Assembly (NCBI GenBank): GCA_035280345.1
Contig: DATEGA010000252.1
Coordinates: 5,836 to 69,835, forward strand
DNA from: a bacterium
GTDB lineage: Bacteria > Sysuimicrobiota > Sysuimicrobiia > Sysuimicrobiales > Segetimicrobiaceae
DNA: 64,000 bases
Direction: 5' to 3'
Shown here: positions 55,133-64,000 of the stretch, in pieces
How positions within the stretch are numbered: position 1 is the first letter of the stretch
Layout: every line of letters starts with the position of its first letter
Notes under the pieces: model-generated
The model's input: only the letters and a program-made list of their open reading frames with translations
What the model was told of the DNA's origin: nothing
Databases searched by the model: none
Program-made: the position numbers and the translations under genes

Positions 55133-56485
55133 TCACGCGCTTGTGTCGCTGCGACTTCCGGATTCTCCTCCGAGGACCGCCCCGAGCCGGCGGTTGAGTG
55201 CATTGAGGATTGCTTTGGGTACCGCTTGCACGACGTCGGTCGCCCAACAGATGCCGACAAGCCGCTGCTTCTCTCCGGTCGCCGCGGACAGCACGACAAC
55301 GGCCAGCTTCTCCGTCGCGGTCGGAACGATGCTCAGTTCTTCAACGACGTAGGCAGTCGTCTCGCCGGTTGTGCGCCGCAACGCTTCCAACGTCGCCTGG
55401 GCGGCAAGAAAGGACAGTCCATGGCCGTGGAGCGGCCCGACCGCTTCTGCAGAGCCTTCGCGCGAGCCATAGCGGAGCCGGACCACCGCCTTGCCGCCGG
55501 CTTGGTCGGTTTGCGCGGCGACCTCGACAATTTGGACTCGGCCGCCGGTATGCGGCGGAGTGATCGGCCGGCCGCGGGCGCCGATGAATCGGTGAGTCGC
55601 GTCGAGGGTACTGCGATCCGACCCCCCTGCGCCGGCGCGCTTGGCCTCCTTGAGTAATGTTGAGGCGCGGCTCGCAAGTGTCAAAAGATCATCCACCGTC
55701 GCAGCGACGTGTGTCCGCTCCCGGTTCTCGGCTCGACGGCCGCCGGCCAATCCGATGCTCGCGGTGACGATCAGGGTACTGTCGGCAACGGCCACGGGCA
55801 AGGCGATCGCGGTCTGAAGGTGGTCCCTCAGCCGTCCGGCGGCCGCCGCATCTCGCGTGGTCGCCACGACAAACTCATCACCGCCGTACCGGCTCAAGAG
55901 GTCGGTCCGGTTATCGACCAGAGAAGCTGCCAGCCGCGCGACCGCTCGGAGAAGGTCGTCTCCCGTGACGTGCCCCAACAACTTATTGACGGCGCCGAAG
56001 TTGTCGAGGTCGATGAACAGCATGCTGATTTCGTGGCCATGGTCTAACGCCGCCATCGCCCACGCACGAAGCGCGGTCGAGGCCGGAAGGCCGGTGAGGG
56101 GATCGTTCTGCTGACCCTGCTTGCGCAATACCGCCGTCGCCGCGACATAGCCGACGGCCGTGCCCTCGCGGACCACCGGCAGGGCGTCGGTCTGCTGCTG
56201 CATCATCGCCGCGTACGCCTGAACGAGCGGCAGGTCCGGCGTCACCGGTTTGATTCCCGGTGTCATCACATCTGCGACCGGGCGGTACGCCGGCGCGGCG
56301 AGAAGTTGCATCGCAGTAATCAGCCCGACGACGCGGCCGCTCTCCATGACCGGCAGGACGTCCACGCTGTGGCCTGTCATGATCTTTGCCGCCGTCGCAA
56401 CCGTGTCCCGCGGCGTCACGTAGTCGGGCGACGGCGTCATCGCGTCCGCGACGGTAAACTCCACGGTGCCGGCGTCTTCGGTCAT
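55133..56485 (-). CDS. diguanylate cyclase: tandem CBS domains + GGDEF domain + uncharacterised C-terminal domain
   Basis: CBS-like TPRDTVATAAKIMTGHSVDVLPVM. GGDEF ISMLFIDLDNFGAVNKLLGHVTGDDLL...RYGGDEFVV with an intact GGDEF. A C-terminal region of about 140 aa is unknown. Confidence 0.75.
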   Translation of the reverse strand: MTEDAGTVEFTVADAMTPSPDYVTPRDTVATAAKIMTGHSVDVLPVMESGRVVGLITAMQLLAAPAYRPVADVMTPGIKPVTPDLPLVQAYAAMMQQQTDALPVVREGTAVGYVAATAVLRKQGQQNDPLTGLPASTALRAWAMAALDHGHEISMLFIDLDNFGAVNKLLGHVTGDDLLRAVARLAASLVDNRTDLLSRYGGDEFVVATTRDAAAAGRLRDHLQTAIALPVAVADSTLIVTASIGLAGGRRAENRERTHVAATVDDLLTLASRASTLLKEAKRAGAGGSDRSTLDATHRFIGARGRPITPPHTGGRVQIVEVAAQTDQAGGKAVVRLRYGSREGSAEAVGPLHGHGLSFLAAQATLEALRRTTGETTAYVVEELSIVPTATEKLAVVVLSAATGEKQRLVGICWATDVVQAVPKAILNALNRRLGAVLGGESGSRSDTSA

Positions 56486-56491
56486 CCGGCC

Positions 56492-57211
56492 TCAGCCGGC
56501 GAAGAGCTCAGTGATTGCAAGGCCGAACCCTCCCGCAGTCGCGACGCCGATTCCCACACGCCGAAACACCGGCGAGAGCATATTCGCGGTGTGCGCCGCA
56601 CTGGCGAGGAAGGCGTCATGCGCCTGCGACGGCCGCTCCGCAAACGCCACATTTTCGCCGACGGCCGTGCCGGCGGCCAGGACCCCGCTGAGCCGTTCGG
56701 CAAAGGATTCGCCGGTCGGAGAGTCGTGGCCGACGAACCCTCGCAACGCCATGCTGCGGGAGTGCGCCCGTGCGATATTGCGCAGCGCCGCGTCCGGCTT
56801 CAACAGCGCGATGCCGCGGGACAGGCGGACTGAGTTGAGCAGGGATAGCAGGATGTTTTCCGAGGCCGGTGAGAATGCGCTGTTCGGCGCACGACCGGCC
56901 AGCCAGACAAAGCTCTGGTTCCGAGGGAGCGTCGAGTCGTCCGCGGGCCACCGCGACTGCCCACTCGCCGCGCCGGTTGCAGTGCTTGCGACGGCAATGA
57001 CCAAACCGCGGCAGCTCCCGAGGATCTGCCTTCGGGTTGTTTTTTGACGGAAGGGCCGTGACACCGGCGCTGCTCCTTCAACGCGACTTGGTCCATCGTC
57101 GTGCCCGCCTAGTGGCCTGCGATTTGGGGAAGACTTAGACCTCCAACTCCGGCACTTCAATGCTGGCGACCTATGTGTAGATGAACACTTAGCATCCCTA
57201 TTTCGGATCAT
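56492..57211 (-). CDS. secreted CAP-domain (SCP/PR-1/YkwD-like) protein
   Basis: N-terminal signal-like region, then LNSVRLSRGIALLKPDAALRNIARAHSRSMALRGFVGHDSP...GENVAF (CAP motifs). Confidence 0.55.
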   Translation of the reverse strand: MIRNRDAKCSSTHRSPALKCRSWRSKSSPNRRPLGGHDDGPSRVEGAAPVSRPFRQKTTRRQILGSCRGLVIAVASTATGAASGQSRWPADDSTLPRNQSFVWLAGRAPNSAFSPASENILLSLLNSVRLSRGIALLKPDAALRNIARAHSRSMALRGFVGHDSPTGESFAERLSGVLAAGTAVGENVAFAERPSQAHDAFLASAAHTANMLSPVFRRVGIGVATAGGFGLAITELFAG

Positions 57212-57564
57212 TCGTCTGAGGGATCTAGACCGTACAGGTGTTCGGTAAATTGTCCCGGTAGGTGACGGTAGTCCAGCGTGGAGCGTGGACTGCGGCCGGC
57301 ACCGCTGCGCCGGGGGCAGGGGTTATTTGAGTGGTACCAATTCATGCCCGCTTTTGATGCGGTGCGTCAGGCAGGCAATGTCTCGGCCGGGGCTGTCGCC
57401 ATCTCGGTCACCCAAAGGGATACCGCGTGGGCCATGACGAAGTGAGGTGCGCCGGGCCGCACGGCGAGTCTTCGCCCGGGGATGGCGTCCGGCCCGCACC
57501 ATACCCTCAGTGTTGATTGGGAGCCCGGGTCCTATCACACGATGTGCATGAAACGCGCGGATAG
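57212..57564. promoter_or_regulatory. divergent intergenic region between the CAP/DGC/GT2 minus operon and the REC-LuxR regulator gene
   Basis: 353-bp non-coding gap containing a locally AT-richer stretch (about 57150-57250). Confidence 0.25.
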
Positions 57565-58851
57565 ATGACTGCGCCCGGTTTGCCAGTGGAAGGCTCGCGG
57601 CAGCTGGCTGCCGATTTCCCTGTCCTTCCCGACACCACCGGTACTCCGTCTCGCGAGGCCGACGAAAGGGCCCCGGAGCCCGAGGGCGAGGAGTCCCCGG
57701 CGCGGATTCCAGTTGTCATCGTCGACGAAGAGGATCTGCGCCGCGCCTTGCTGGCAGCGGCGCTGGCGGACACCGAGAAGATCGACGTCGTCGGCGCGTT
57801 CGCGGATGCCGAGACCGCCATCGACGAGGTGCGCCGGGCGCGCCCCAGGGTCGTGGTACTGGAGATCGAACTGCGCGGCGCGCTTGACGGGATTCAGGCA
57901 GGGCTGTTGCTTAGGAGGGAATTTCCCGACATCGGGATTGTGTGGCTCTCGGCCCGCAGGCGGCCGTATATTCCGGTGTCGTTCCAGCAGACCACCGGAT
58001 GGGCGTATCTCCTCAAGACATCGGGAACCGACGTGCGAAACGTGGCCGTGGCAATCGACGGTGTCGCAAACGGCTTCGTGGTGCTTGACCCCGAAATCGC
58101 GGCCGCCATGAACCGGCTTCGTCAGGCGTGGATTCCTCGCCTGACTACCTTGGGATATGATGTACTTGCGCTCATGGCGCAGGGCTTGAACAATATCGGG
58201 ATCGCGCAGGCCCTGGGTCTGTCCCAACAGGTCGTGACGAGACAGATCAACGAAATCTACGGGCAGCTCGGACTCGGCGAGCGGGGCGCAACCGATCGGC
58301 ACCGGCGTGTCCAGGCCGTCCTCACGTTTCTACGCGCCGGCGACGCACCGGCGCTCGCCGCCGAGCCGCAGTCGCAACCAACCGACACGCTCGTCGAGTT
58401 TCAGCGGAGGCCTGAACAGGTCGCGAACATGCCGCAACATCCGGTCTTAGACCACCCCACGTTCATGGATAGGGTGGACGCAGAGATCGCCCGGTGCCTG
58501 CGCACCCGGCGCCATCTCAGCATGGTCCTGCTGAGCGCCCCCGCGCCCGATGCGGCCGCACGGCAGGAACCGGTCCCCGATTCGGATGCCGTCCGGCGCA
58601 TGGCCGAGGAGCTGGCCCGCCACGTGCGCCGCTATGATCTGGTCGCGATCTCCGCGGATGTCGAGGTCGCGCTGATGTTTCCCGAAGCGACACGTGAGAA
58701 CGCCGGGATCATTCTCGGCCGCCTGCGTGCGGCCGTCGGAGCCGCGCCCGGAACAATGGCGCCGCTGTGGGGCCTCGCGACGTGGCCGGCCGATGGCAAC
58801 GATCCCGGCGCCCTCCTGGACACCGCCCGGCACCGGCTTTCTGGGGCCTGA
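57565..58851 (+). CDS. atypical response regulator: receiver domain (Glu at the phospho-acceptor position) + LuxR HTH + degenerate GGDEF-like C-terminal domain
   Basis: The receiver IPVVIVDEED...RVVVLEIELRGALDG has E where the conserved Asp sits. LuxR HTH VLALMAQGLNNIGIAQALGLSQQVVTRQINEIY. The C-terminus resembles a GGDEF domain, but the signature is YDLVAISADVEV instead of RYGGDEF. Confidence 0.6.
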   Translation: MTAPGLPVEGSRQLAADFPVLPDTTGTPSREADERAPEPEGEESPARIPVVIVDEEDLRRALLAAALADTEKIDVVGAFADAETAIDEVRRARPRVVVLEIELRGALDGIQAGLLLRREFPDIGIVWLSARRRPYIPVSFQQTTGWAYLLKTSGTDVRNVAVAIDGVANGFVVLDPEIAAAMNRLRQAWIPRLTTLGYDVLALMAQGLNNIGIAQALGLSQQVVTRQINEIYGQLGLGERGATDRHRRVQAVLTFLRAGDAPALAAEPQSQPTDTLVEFQRRPEQVANMPQHPVLDHPTFMDRVDAEIARCLRTRRHLSMVLLSAPAPDAAARQEPVPDSDAVRRMAEELARHVRRYDLVAISADVEVALMFPEATRENAGIILGRLRAAVGAAPGTMAPLWGLATWPADGNDPGALLDTARHRLSGA

Positions 58852-58938
58852 TCGGAATGCATGCTGTTTCCGCGTCCGGGTGTTCCGTGTATAATATCGA
58901 TGTCGTTACCGAGTGAACGGAGCGCTGGGGGTGGACTG

Positions 58939-59109
58939 GTGACTGAGGTACGCATCGGGAAGGACGAGACGCTGGACAGCGCGCTCAGGCGGTTCAAGCG
59001 CCAGGTCAAACGGTCCGGCATCCTGACCGACGCGAAACGGCACGAGCATTACGAGAAGCCGAGCCAGAAGCGTCGCCGCCGCGCCGCCAGGCGCAACAAG
59101 CGCCACTAG
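58939..59109 (+). CDS. rpsU: 30S ribosomal protein S21
   Basis: [56 protein letters not shown] matches the S21 consensus. GTG start inferred. Confidence 0.8.
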   Translation: MTEVRIGKDETLDSALRRFKRQVKRSGILTDAKRHEHYEKPSQKRRRRAARRNKRH

Positions 59110-59181
59110 CCTGTTCCCGACGTTCTGCCATCGCCGCCGCCGTCGTCGCGGCTAACGGCGTGTGCGCGCGCGGAGAGGATC

Positions 59182-59670
59182 ATGGCGCGAGACCCGAACC
59201 GCAAAATGAAGCGTGCCCGCAGCGCCGGCGGCGTGGTGTTCTCTCCGGCCGCCGATACGCGTATCCTTCTGCTCCAGCACGAAACCGGGAAATGGATGCT
59301 CCCGAAGGGCACGATCGAACGCGGCGAGACGCCGGACGGCGTCGCGTTGCGGGAAGTCGCCGAGGAGACCGGTCTCCGGAACGTCCGCATCGTCGCGGAC
59401 CTCGGGGAAGAGCACTACATGTTCTTTTGGAAGGCCGAAGATACGTACTACGATAAGACGGTGCACTACTATTTAATGGAGTTCCTCGGGGGGGAAGAGG
59501 CGCGTCCGCAACGCGAGGAGGGGTTCGTGCGCTGCGAATGGGTCACGATCGCCGAGGCGCTCGACCGCATCAAGTACAAGGAGACACGGCAGGTCGTCCA
59601 GCGGGCGCGCACCGCGTTGGCGCAGGTCGGGGACGTGCCGGCGGCCACCCACGATGCCGGAGCGCGCTGA
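59182..59670 (+). CDS. NUDIX hydrolase
   Basis: Nudix box LPKGTIERGETPDGVALREVAEETGL (G-x5-E-x7-REVxEExG). Confidence 0.75.
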   Translation: MARDPNRKMKRARSAGGVVFSPAADTRILLLQHETGKWMLPKGTIERGETPDGVALREVAEETGLRNVRIVADLGEEHYMFFWKAEDTYYDKTVHYYLMEFLGGEEARPQREEGFVRCEWVTIAEALDRIKYKETRQVVQRARTALAQVGDVPAATHDAGAR

Positions 59671-61033
59671 GTCTGTCGATGATGGCCGGCGCCGCGCCCC
59701 GATAGACCCGGCAGGGCGCGGACACGGGCTGCCGCCCGGTGACGCGCGTGACCGCCTCGTACGGGACACCCTCGAGCGTTATCAGCGCTACCTCAATCCC
59801 GGGCTTGCCAGACTCTACCGATTCGGTGGCGCCGACACGGTGGAGTGGGAGGCCGAAGGCTGTTTCGTCTGGGACGCACACGGCCGGGCCTACATCGACT
59901 GCGCGTGCGGCCCCGCCATTTTCAACGTCGGCCACCGGCATCCGCGCGTGCTCGCCGCTGTGCGGGAGCAGCTCGACCGTATTCCGATGTCCGTTCGTAC
60001 CATGCCGAGTGCGCCGCAGGCGGAACTTGCCGAACGCCTGGCCGCCGTGTCGCCGGGCGATCTGCAGTACTCGTTCTTCTGCAACAGCGGCGCGGAGGCG
60101 GTGGAGGGAGCGCTCAAACTCGCTCGCCTCGCCACCGGGAAGCCCGGCTTTGTCGCGATGCGCGACGCCTTCCACGGCAAGACCTTCGGCGCGTTGTCCG
60201 CGACGGGACGGGAGCACTACCGCCGTCCGTTCGCGCCGCTCGTTCCGGGGTTCACGCACGTGCCGTTCGGCGATACAGACGCGATCGACCGCGCGATCGG
60301 GTCCGACACCGCCGCCGTGATCGTCGAGCCGGTTCAAGGCGAAGCCGGCGTGATCGTGCCGCCGGCGGGCTACCTTCGGGCGGTGCGCGAGCTGTGCGAC
60401 CGGCGCGGCGTGTTGCTGATCGCCGACGAGATTCAGACCGGCCTCGGCCGGACGGGACGGCTGTTTTACGTGGAGCATGAGGGCGTCACGCCGGACATCA
60501 TGACGGTCGCGAAGGCCCTCGGCGGCGGGGTCATTCCGATCGGCGCCTTCATCGCCCGCCCGCGTCTCTGGGAGGAGTTCCGGCAGGATCCGTATCTGCA
60601 CTCGTCGACCTTCGGCGGTAATCCGCTCGCCTGCCGGGCCGCGATCGCGACGCTCGAGGTGCTGGTTGAAGAGCGGTTGGCGGACCGCGCCGAGGCCCTC
60701 GGCGCCCGGTTCATCGACCGCCTCCGGGCCGTGCAGGCCCGCCATCCCGCGATCGTTCGCGACGTCCGCGGGCGGGGCCTCATGATCGGCGTCGAGTTTA
60801 CGCACAGCGACTACGCGCTGCTGGTCTCGGCGGAAGCCGGACACCGCGGGGTGATCACGTTTTACACCCTCAACAAGCCGGAGGTGATCCGGATCGAACC
60901 GCCGCTCGTGATCACCGCCGATTTGATCGATCGGGCGGTGGAGGGAATCGAGGGGGCCGTCGCCGAGGCCGAGCGCCTCCTCGCAGGATCTGATGAGGCG
61001 GCGGCCGCCACAGAGGCCGACCGGCGCTCGTGA
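59654..61033 (+). CDS. class-III PLP-dependent aminotransferase (acetylornithine/ornithine/putrescine aminotransferase-like)
   Basis: FFCNSGAEAVEGALKLAR, LIADEIQTGLGRTGRLF, TVAKALGGG (PLP-Lys region). Confidence 0.7.
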   Translation: MPERAESVDDGRRRAPIDPAGRGHGLPPGDARDRLVRDTLERYQRYLNPGLARLYRFGGADTVEWEAEGCFVWDAHGRAYIDCACGPAIFNVGHRHPRVLAAVREQLDRIPMSVRTMPSAPQAELAERLAAVSPGDLQYSFFCNSGAEAVEGALKLARLATGKPGFVAMRDAFHGKTFGALSATGREHYRRPFAPLVPGFTHVPFGDTDAIDRAIGSDTAAVIVEPVQGEAGVIVPPAGYLRAVRELCDRRGVLLIADEIQTGLGRTGRLFYVEHEGVTPDIMTVAKALGGGVIPIGAFIARPRLWEEFRQDPYLHSSTFGGNPLACRAAIATLEVLVEERLADRAEALGARFIDRLRAVQARHPAIVRDVRGRGLMIGVEFTHSDYALLVSAEAGHRGVITFYTLNKPEVIRIEPPLVITADLIDRAVEGIEGAVAEAERLLAGSDEAAAATEADRRS

Positions 61034-63774
61034 CCGGGGCCGAGATCCGCGAGGCGTTCCTCCGGTACTTCGAGGAACGCGGCCACACCCGGGTTCCGAG
61101 CGCCTCGCTCGTGCCGGCGGGCGACCCGACCCTCCTGTTCGTCAACGCCGGGATGGTGCCGTTCAAGGACGTGTTCCTCGGGCTCGAGACGCGCCCGTAT
61201 CGGCGGGCGACCTCGGTGCAGAAGTGCATGCGCGTGAGCGGCAAGCACAACGATCTCGACAACGTCGGCCCGTCGCCGCGGCACCACACGTTCTTCGAGA
61301 TGCTCGGAAACTTCAGCTTCGGGGAGTATTTCAAGCGGGACGCGATCCGGTACGCGTGGGAGTTCGTGACCGGCCCGCTCGCGCTGCCGCCGGACCGGCT
61401 CGTGTTCACCGTGTTCACCGACGACGACGAGGCGGCCGCGGCGTGGGCGGGGCTCGGGATTCCAGAGGGGCGCGTCCTCCGGATGGGTGAGAAGACCAAC
61501 TTCTGGATGATGGGCGACGTCGGACCGTGCGGGCCGACAAGCGAGCTCCACTACGATTGGGGTCCGGCCTCGTGCACGTGCGGGCGCCCGGACTGCAGCG
61601 TCCGCCTCGACAACGACTGCGGCCGGTGGCTCGAGATCTGGAACCTGGTCTTCATGCAGTACACCCAGGCGCCGGACGGCAGCCGCACGCCGCTGCCGCG
61701 GCCCGGCGTCGATACCGGGATGGGTCTCGAGCGAATCGCCTCGGTGGTCGAGCATGTCGCGACGAACTACGAGACGGACCTCTTCGTGCCGGTCCTCGAT
61801 CGGATCCAGCACATTCTCGGCCATCGTTCCGAACAGCGCGCCGCGCACGCGATCGCATATCGCGTGCTCGCCGATCACGGCAGGGCGATGACGTTTCTGA
61901 TCGCAGACGGCGTCGTCCCGGGCAACGAGGGGCGCGCGTACGTGCTGCGCATGATCATCCGCCGCGCGGTCCGGTTCGCCCGCCAGGCAGGCGCTCGGGG
62001 GACGGTGCTCGGCGCCCTCGCGGACGCGGTGACCGCCGTGATGGGCGGAGCGTACCCTGAACTCGCCGCCCAGCGGGCGTTCGTGCAGAACGTGCTGAGC
62101 GCCGAGGAACACCGATTCGACCAGACGCTCGAGGCCGGACTCACCCGGCTCGACGACGTGATCGCGGAGATGAGACGATCCGGGCGGCGTGTCATACCGG
62201 GCGCCGACGTGTTCCGGCTCTACGACACCTACGGCTTTCCGCCCGACCTGACGCGGGACGTGGCCCGCGAGCACGGACTCGAGATCGACGAGGCAGGCTT
62301 CGCGGCGGAGATGGCGGGGCAGAAGGCACGGTCGAGGGCCGCGGAGAGTTTCACGGACGAACACGCCCTGCGCGCACACTACGAACGGGCGCGAGCGTTC
62401 GCCGGGCCCACGGTGTTTGTCGGGTACGACACGCTGGTGTCCGAGGGCAGCGTGGCGGCCATCTCCCGCGGCGGCGCCTGGGTTGAGGAAGCCTCTCCGG
62501 GGGACGCTGTGGAGGTGGTCACCGACCGGACGCCGTTCTATGCAGAGTCGGGAGGGCAGGTGGGGGATACCGGTCAAATCCGCGCGCTTGCCGCCGGGGG
62601 TGCGGTGGTCGCGATAGACGACACCCGCCGCCCGATCCCGGGCCTCACGGTGCACTACGGACGCGTGGTGTCCGGCTCCCTCCGCAGAAACGATCGGGTC
62701 CAATTGTCCGTCGATGCCGCGCGCCGGCAGGACATCATGCGTAATCACACCGCGACGCACCTGCTCCACACGGCACTGCGCGAAGTGCTCGGGGCGCATG
62801 CGCGTCAGGCGGGATCGCTGGTCGCCCCCGACCGGCTGCGGTTCGACTTCGTCAACCCGAGACCGTTGACGCCCGACGAGCGGTCCCGCATCGAGGCGCG
62901 GGTCAACGCACAGATCCGTGCCGCGCTGCCCGTGACGACGGAAATCAAGCCGTATCGCGAGGCGCTCGCATCGGGTGCTGTGGCGCTGTTCGGAGAGAAA
63001 TACGGTGATGAAGTTCGCGTCGTTAGTATCGACGGCTATAGTCGGGAATTGTGTGGCGGGACGCACGTCCGGATGACCGCCGAGATCGGCAGGTTCGTCC
63101 TCAGTCATGAAGGATCCGTGGGATCCGGTATCCGCCGCATCGAGGCCGTGACCGGCCGCGCCGCGGAGCAGCAGATGCACCAGCATGCCCGGCCGATCGT
63201 AGTGCACGCCCACGGCAAGGTGCTTCGGGATGCGCAGCCCGGACAGCGCGCCCGGAAATTTGGCTCGGCCAACTCCGAATTTCTGGTGGAAAGCGGCGGC
63301 CGCAGGCATGTTGTTGACGCGGACTACGCGCTTCAGCCCGGCGATACGCTGACCGTGACCGCGCGCGGCGTGGCCGGCGCGGGCCTGCCGGATCTAGAGC
63401 AGGTGCTCGGCGGCGCCGTCGATGTGGACGGTGTCAAGGTGGTCGGCGTCGCCTTGTCGGCCGTGGACTCCGGGGCGCTTCGCGCATTTGGCGATCGGCT
63501 GCGGTCTCGTCTCGACCCCGGCGTCGTGGTCGCCGCGTCGGCCGGCAACGGCCGGATGGACGTGATCGTGATGGCCACGCCGGCTGCGGTTGCGCGCGGC
63601 GCCGAGGCGCGGCGCGTCATGCAGGTGTTGAACCGCCGGTTGGGGACGCGTGGTGGAGGACGCGCCGAACTCGCCCAGGGCGGGGGCGGCGACCCCGCGC
63701 GCTTGGCCGAGGTGCTCGCCGATCTCAGCGGCGTCGTCCGCGAGGCGCTCGGACAGGCTGCCGACCGCGACTGA
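61030..63774 (+). CDS. alaS: alanine--tRNA ligase
   Basis: 914 aa. N-terminus MTGAEIREAFLRYFEERGHTRVPSASLVPAGDPTLLFVNAGMVPFK, FFEMLGNFSFGEYFK, and an editing-domain HxxxH (HTATHLLH). Typical AlaS length. Confidence 0.9.
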   Translation: MTGAEIREAFLRYFEERGHTRVPSASLVPAGDPTLLFVNAGMVPFKDVFLGLETRPYRRATSVQKCMRVSGKHNDLDNVGPSPRHHTFFEMLGNFSFGEYFKRDAIRYAWEFVTGPLALPPDRLVFTVFTDDDEAAAAWAGLGIPEGRVLRMGEKTNFWMMGDVGPCGPTSELHYDWGPASCTCGRPDCSVRLDNDCGRWLEIWNLVFMQYTQAPDGSRTPLPRPGVDTGMGLERIASVVEHVATNYETDLFVPVLDRIQHILGHRSEQRAAHAIAYRVLADHGRAMTFLIADGVVPGNEGRAYVLRMIIRRAVRFARQAGARGTVLGALADAVTAVMGGAYPELAAQRAFVQNVLSAEEHRFDQTLEAGLTRLDDVIAEMRRSGRRVIPGADVFRLYDTYGFPPDLTRDVAREHGLEIDEAGFAAEMAGQKARSRAAESFTDEHALRAHYERARAFAGPTVFVGYDTLVSEGSVAAISRGGAWVEEASPGDAVEVVTDRTPFYAESGGQVGDTGQIRALAAGGAVVAIDDTRRPIPGLTVHYGRVVSGSLRRNDRVQLSVDAARRQDIMRNHTATHLLHTALREVLGAHARQAGSLVAPDRLRFDFVNPRPLTPDERSRIEARVNAQIRAALPVTTEIKPYREALASGAVALFGEKYGDEVRVVSIDGYSRELCGGTHVRMTAEIGRFVLSHEGSVGSGIRRIEAVTGRAAEQQMHQHARPIVVHAHGKVLRDAQPGQRARKFGSANSEFLVESGGRRHVVDADYALQPGDTLTVTARGVAGAGLPDLEQVLGGAVDVDGVKVVGVALSAVDSGALRAFGDRLRSRLDPGVVVAASAGNGRMDVIVMATPAAVARGAEARRVMQVLNRRLGTRGGGRAELAQGGGGDPARLAEVLADLSGVVREALGQAADRD

Positions 63775-63782
63775 CGGGCGCC

Positions 63783-64000
63783 GTGGGACGCGTCCTCGCA
63801 ATCGATCTCGGGACCAAGCGAATCGGCATCGCCCTCAGCGATCCGACTGCCACTGTTGCGTCTCCGCTCGAAACGCTTCCGGCGACGGGACCGCGCCGCG
63901 CGGCCGACCAAGTGTCCGACCTGTGCCGCCGGCACGAGGTCGAGACCGTCGTCGTCGGCTGGCCGCGCAACATGGACGGCTCGCGCGGCCCCGCCGCGCG
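63783..64000 (+). CDS. ruvX: Holliday-junction resolvase-like YqgF/RuvX (5' part; continues beyond the window)
   Basis: GTG start, then RVLAIDLGTKRIGIALSDPTATVASPLETL (YqgF signature). Conserved alaS-ruvX adjacency. Confidence 0.7.
   Translation, partial: MGRVLAIDLGTKRIGIALSDPTATVASPLETLPATGPRRAADQVSDLCRRHEVETVVVGWPRNMDGSRGPAA

Noticed and set aside
1-64000. CRISPR arrays, rRNA genes, transposases/integrases/IS elements, prophage genes
   Set aside because: No short regularly spaced direct repeats, no rRNA-like conserved stretches, and no ORF with DDE-transposase, tyrosine- or serine-recombinase motifs were seen.

Overview
This is a high-GC bacterial window. The flanks run about 68-72% GC; internal blocks run about 50-60%. 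Roughly 56 kb (about nt 1,100-57,200) is one very large glycan (EPS/O-antigen/capsule-like) biosynthesis supercluster. In order it encodes: a specialised NusG/RfaH-family antiterminator paralog at its head; a Wza-like outer-membrane exporter, a Wzz/GumC-like chain-length regulator and a BY-kinase homolog whose Walker-A lysine is replaced by Ser; GmhA-like and HddA-like heptose-pathway enzymes; a large WbaP-like and a small PglC-like priming phosphoglycosyltransferase; a CmoA (carboxy-SAM synthase) homolog; a Wzm/Wzt ABC exporter with an extended Wzt C-terminal domain; a Wzy/O-antigen-ligase-like membrane protein; about 12 GT4/GT-B, five GT2 (one fused to a methyltransferase), one GT26 and one GT8 glycosyltransferases, plus three full-length and one truncated GT-C (ArnT/PMT-like) membrane glycosyltransferases; an unusually large set of SAM-dependent methyltransferases (at least eight, including an FkbM-type one on the opposite strand); a DegT aminotransferase with a Gfo/Idh/MocA oxidoreductase; an NAD-dependent epimerase; a polysaccharide deacetylase; an APH-like kinase-fold protein; and two secreted glycanase-like proteins (PA14+GH26-like; an Ig-repeat protein of unknown fold). 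A minus-strand module (GT-C / polyprenyl-phosphate sugar synthase / methyltransferase) and a c-di-GMP regulatory block close the locus. That block holds a CBS-GGDEF diguanylate cyclase, a CAP-domain protein and an atypical REC(Asp->Glu)-LuxR-degenerate-GGDEF regulator. The right end is housekeeping: rpsU, a Nudix hydrolase, a class-III aminotransferase, alaS and the start of ruvX. I found no rRNA, intact tRNA, CRISPR array, transposase or integrase. Many six-frame ORFs on the opposite strand of real genes are high-GC artefacts. All calls come from reading the translations for family motifs; no database searches were run.
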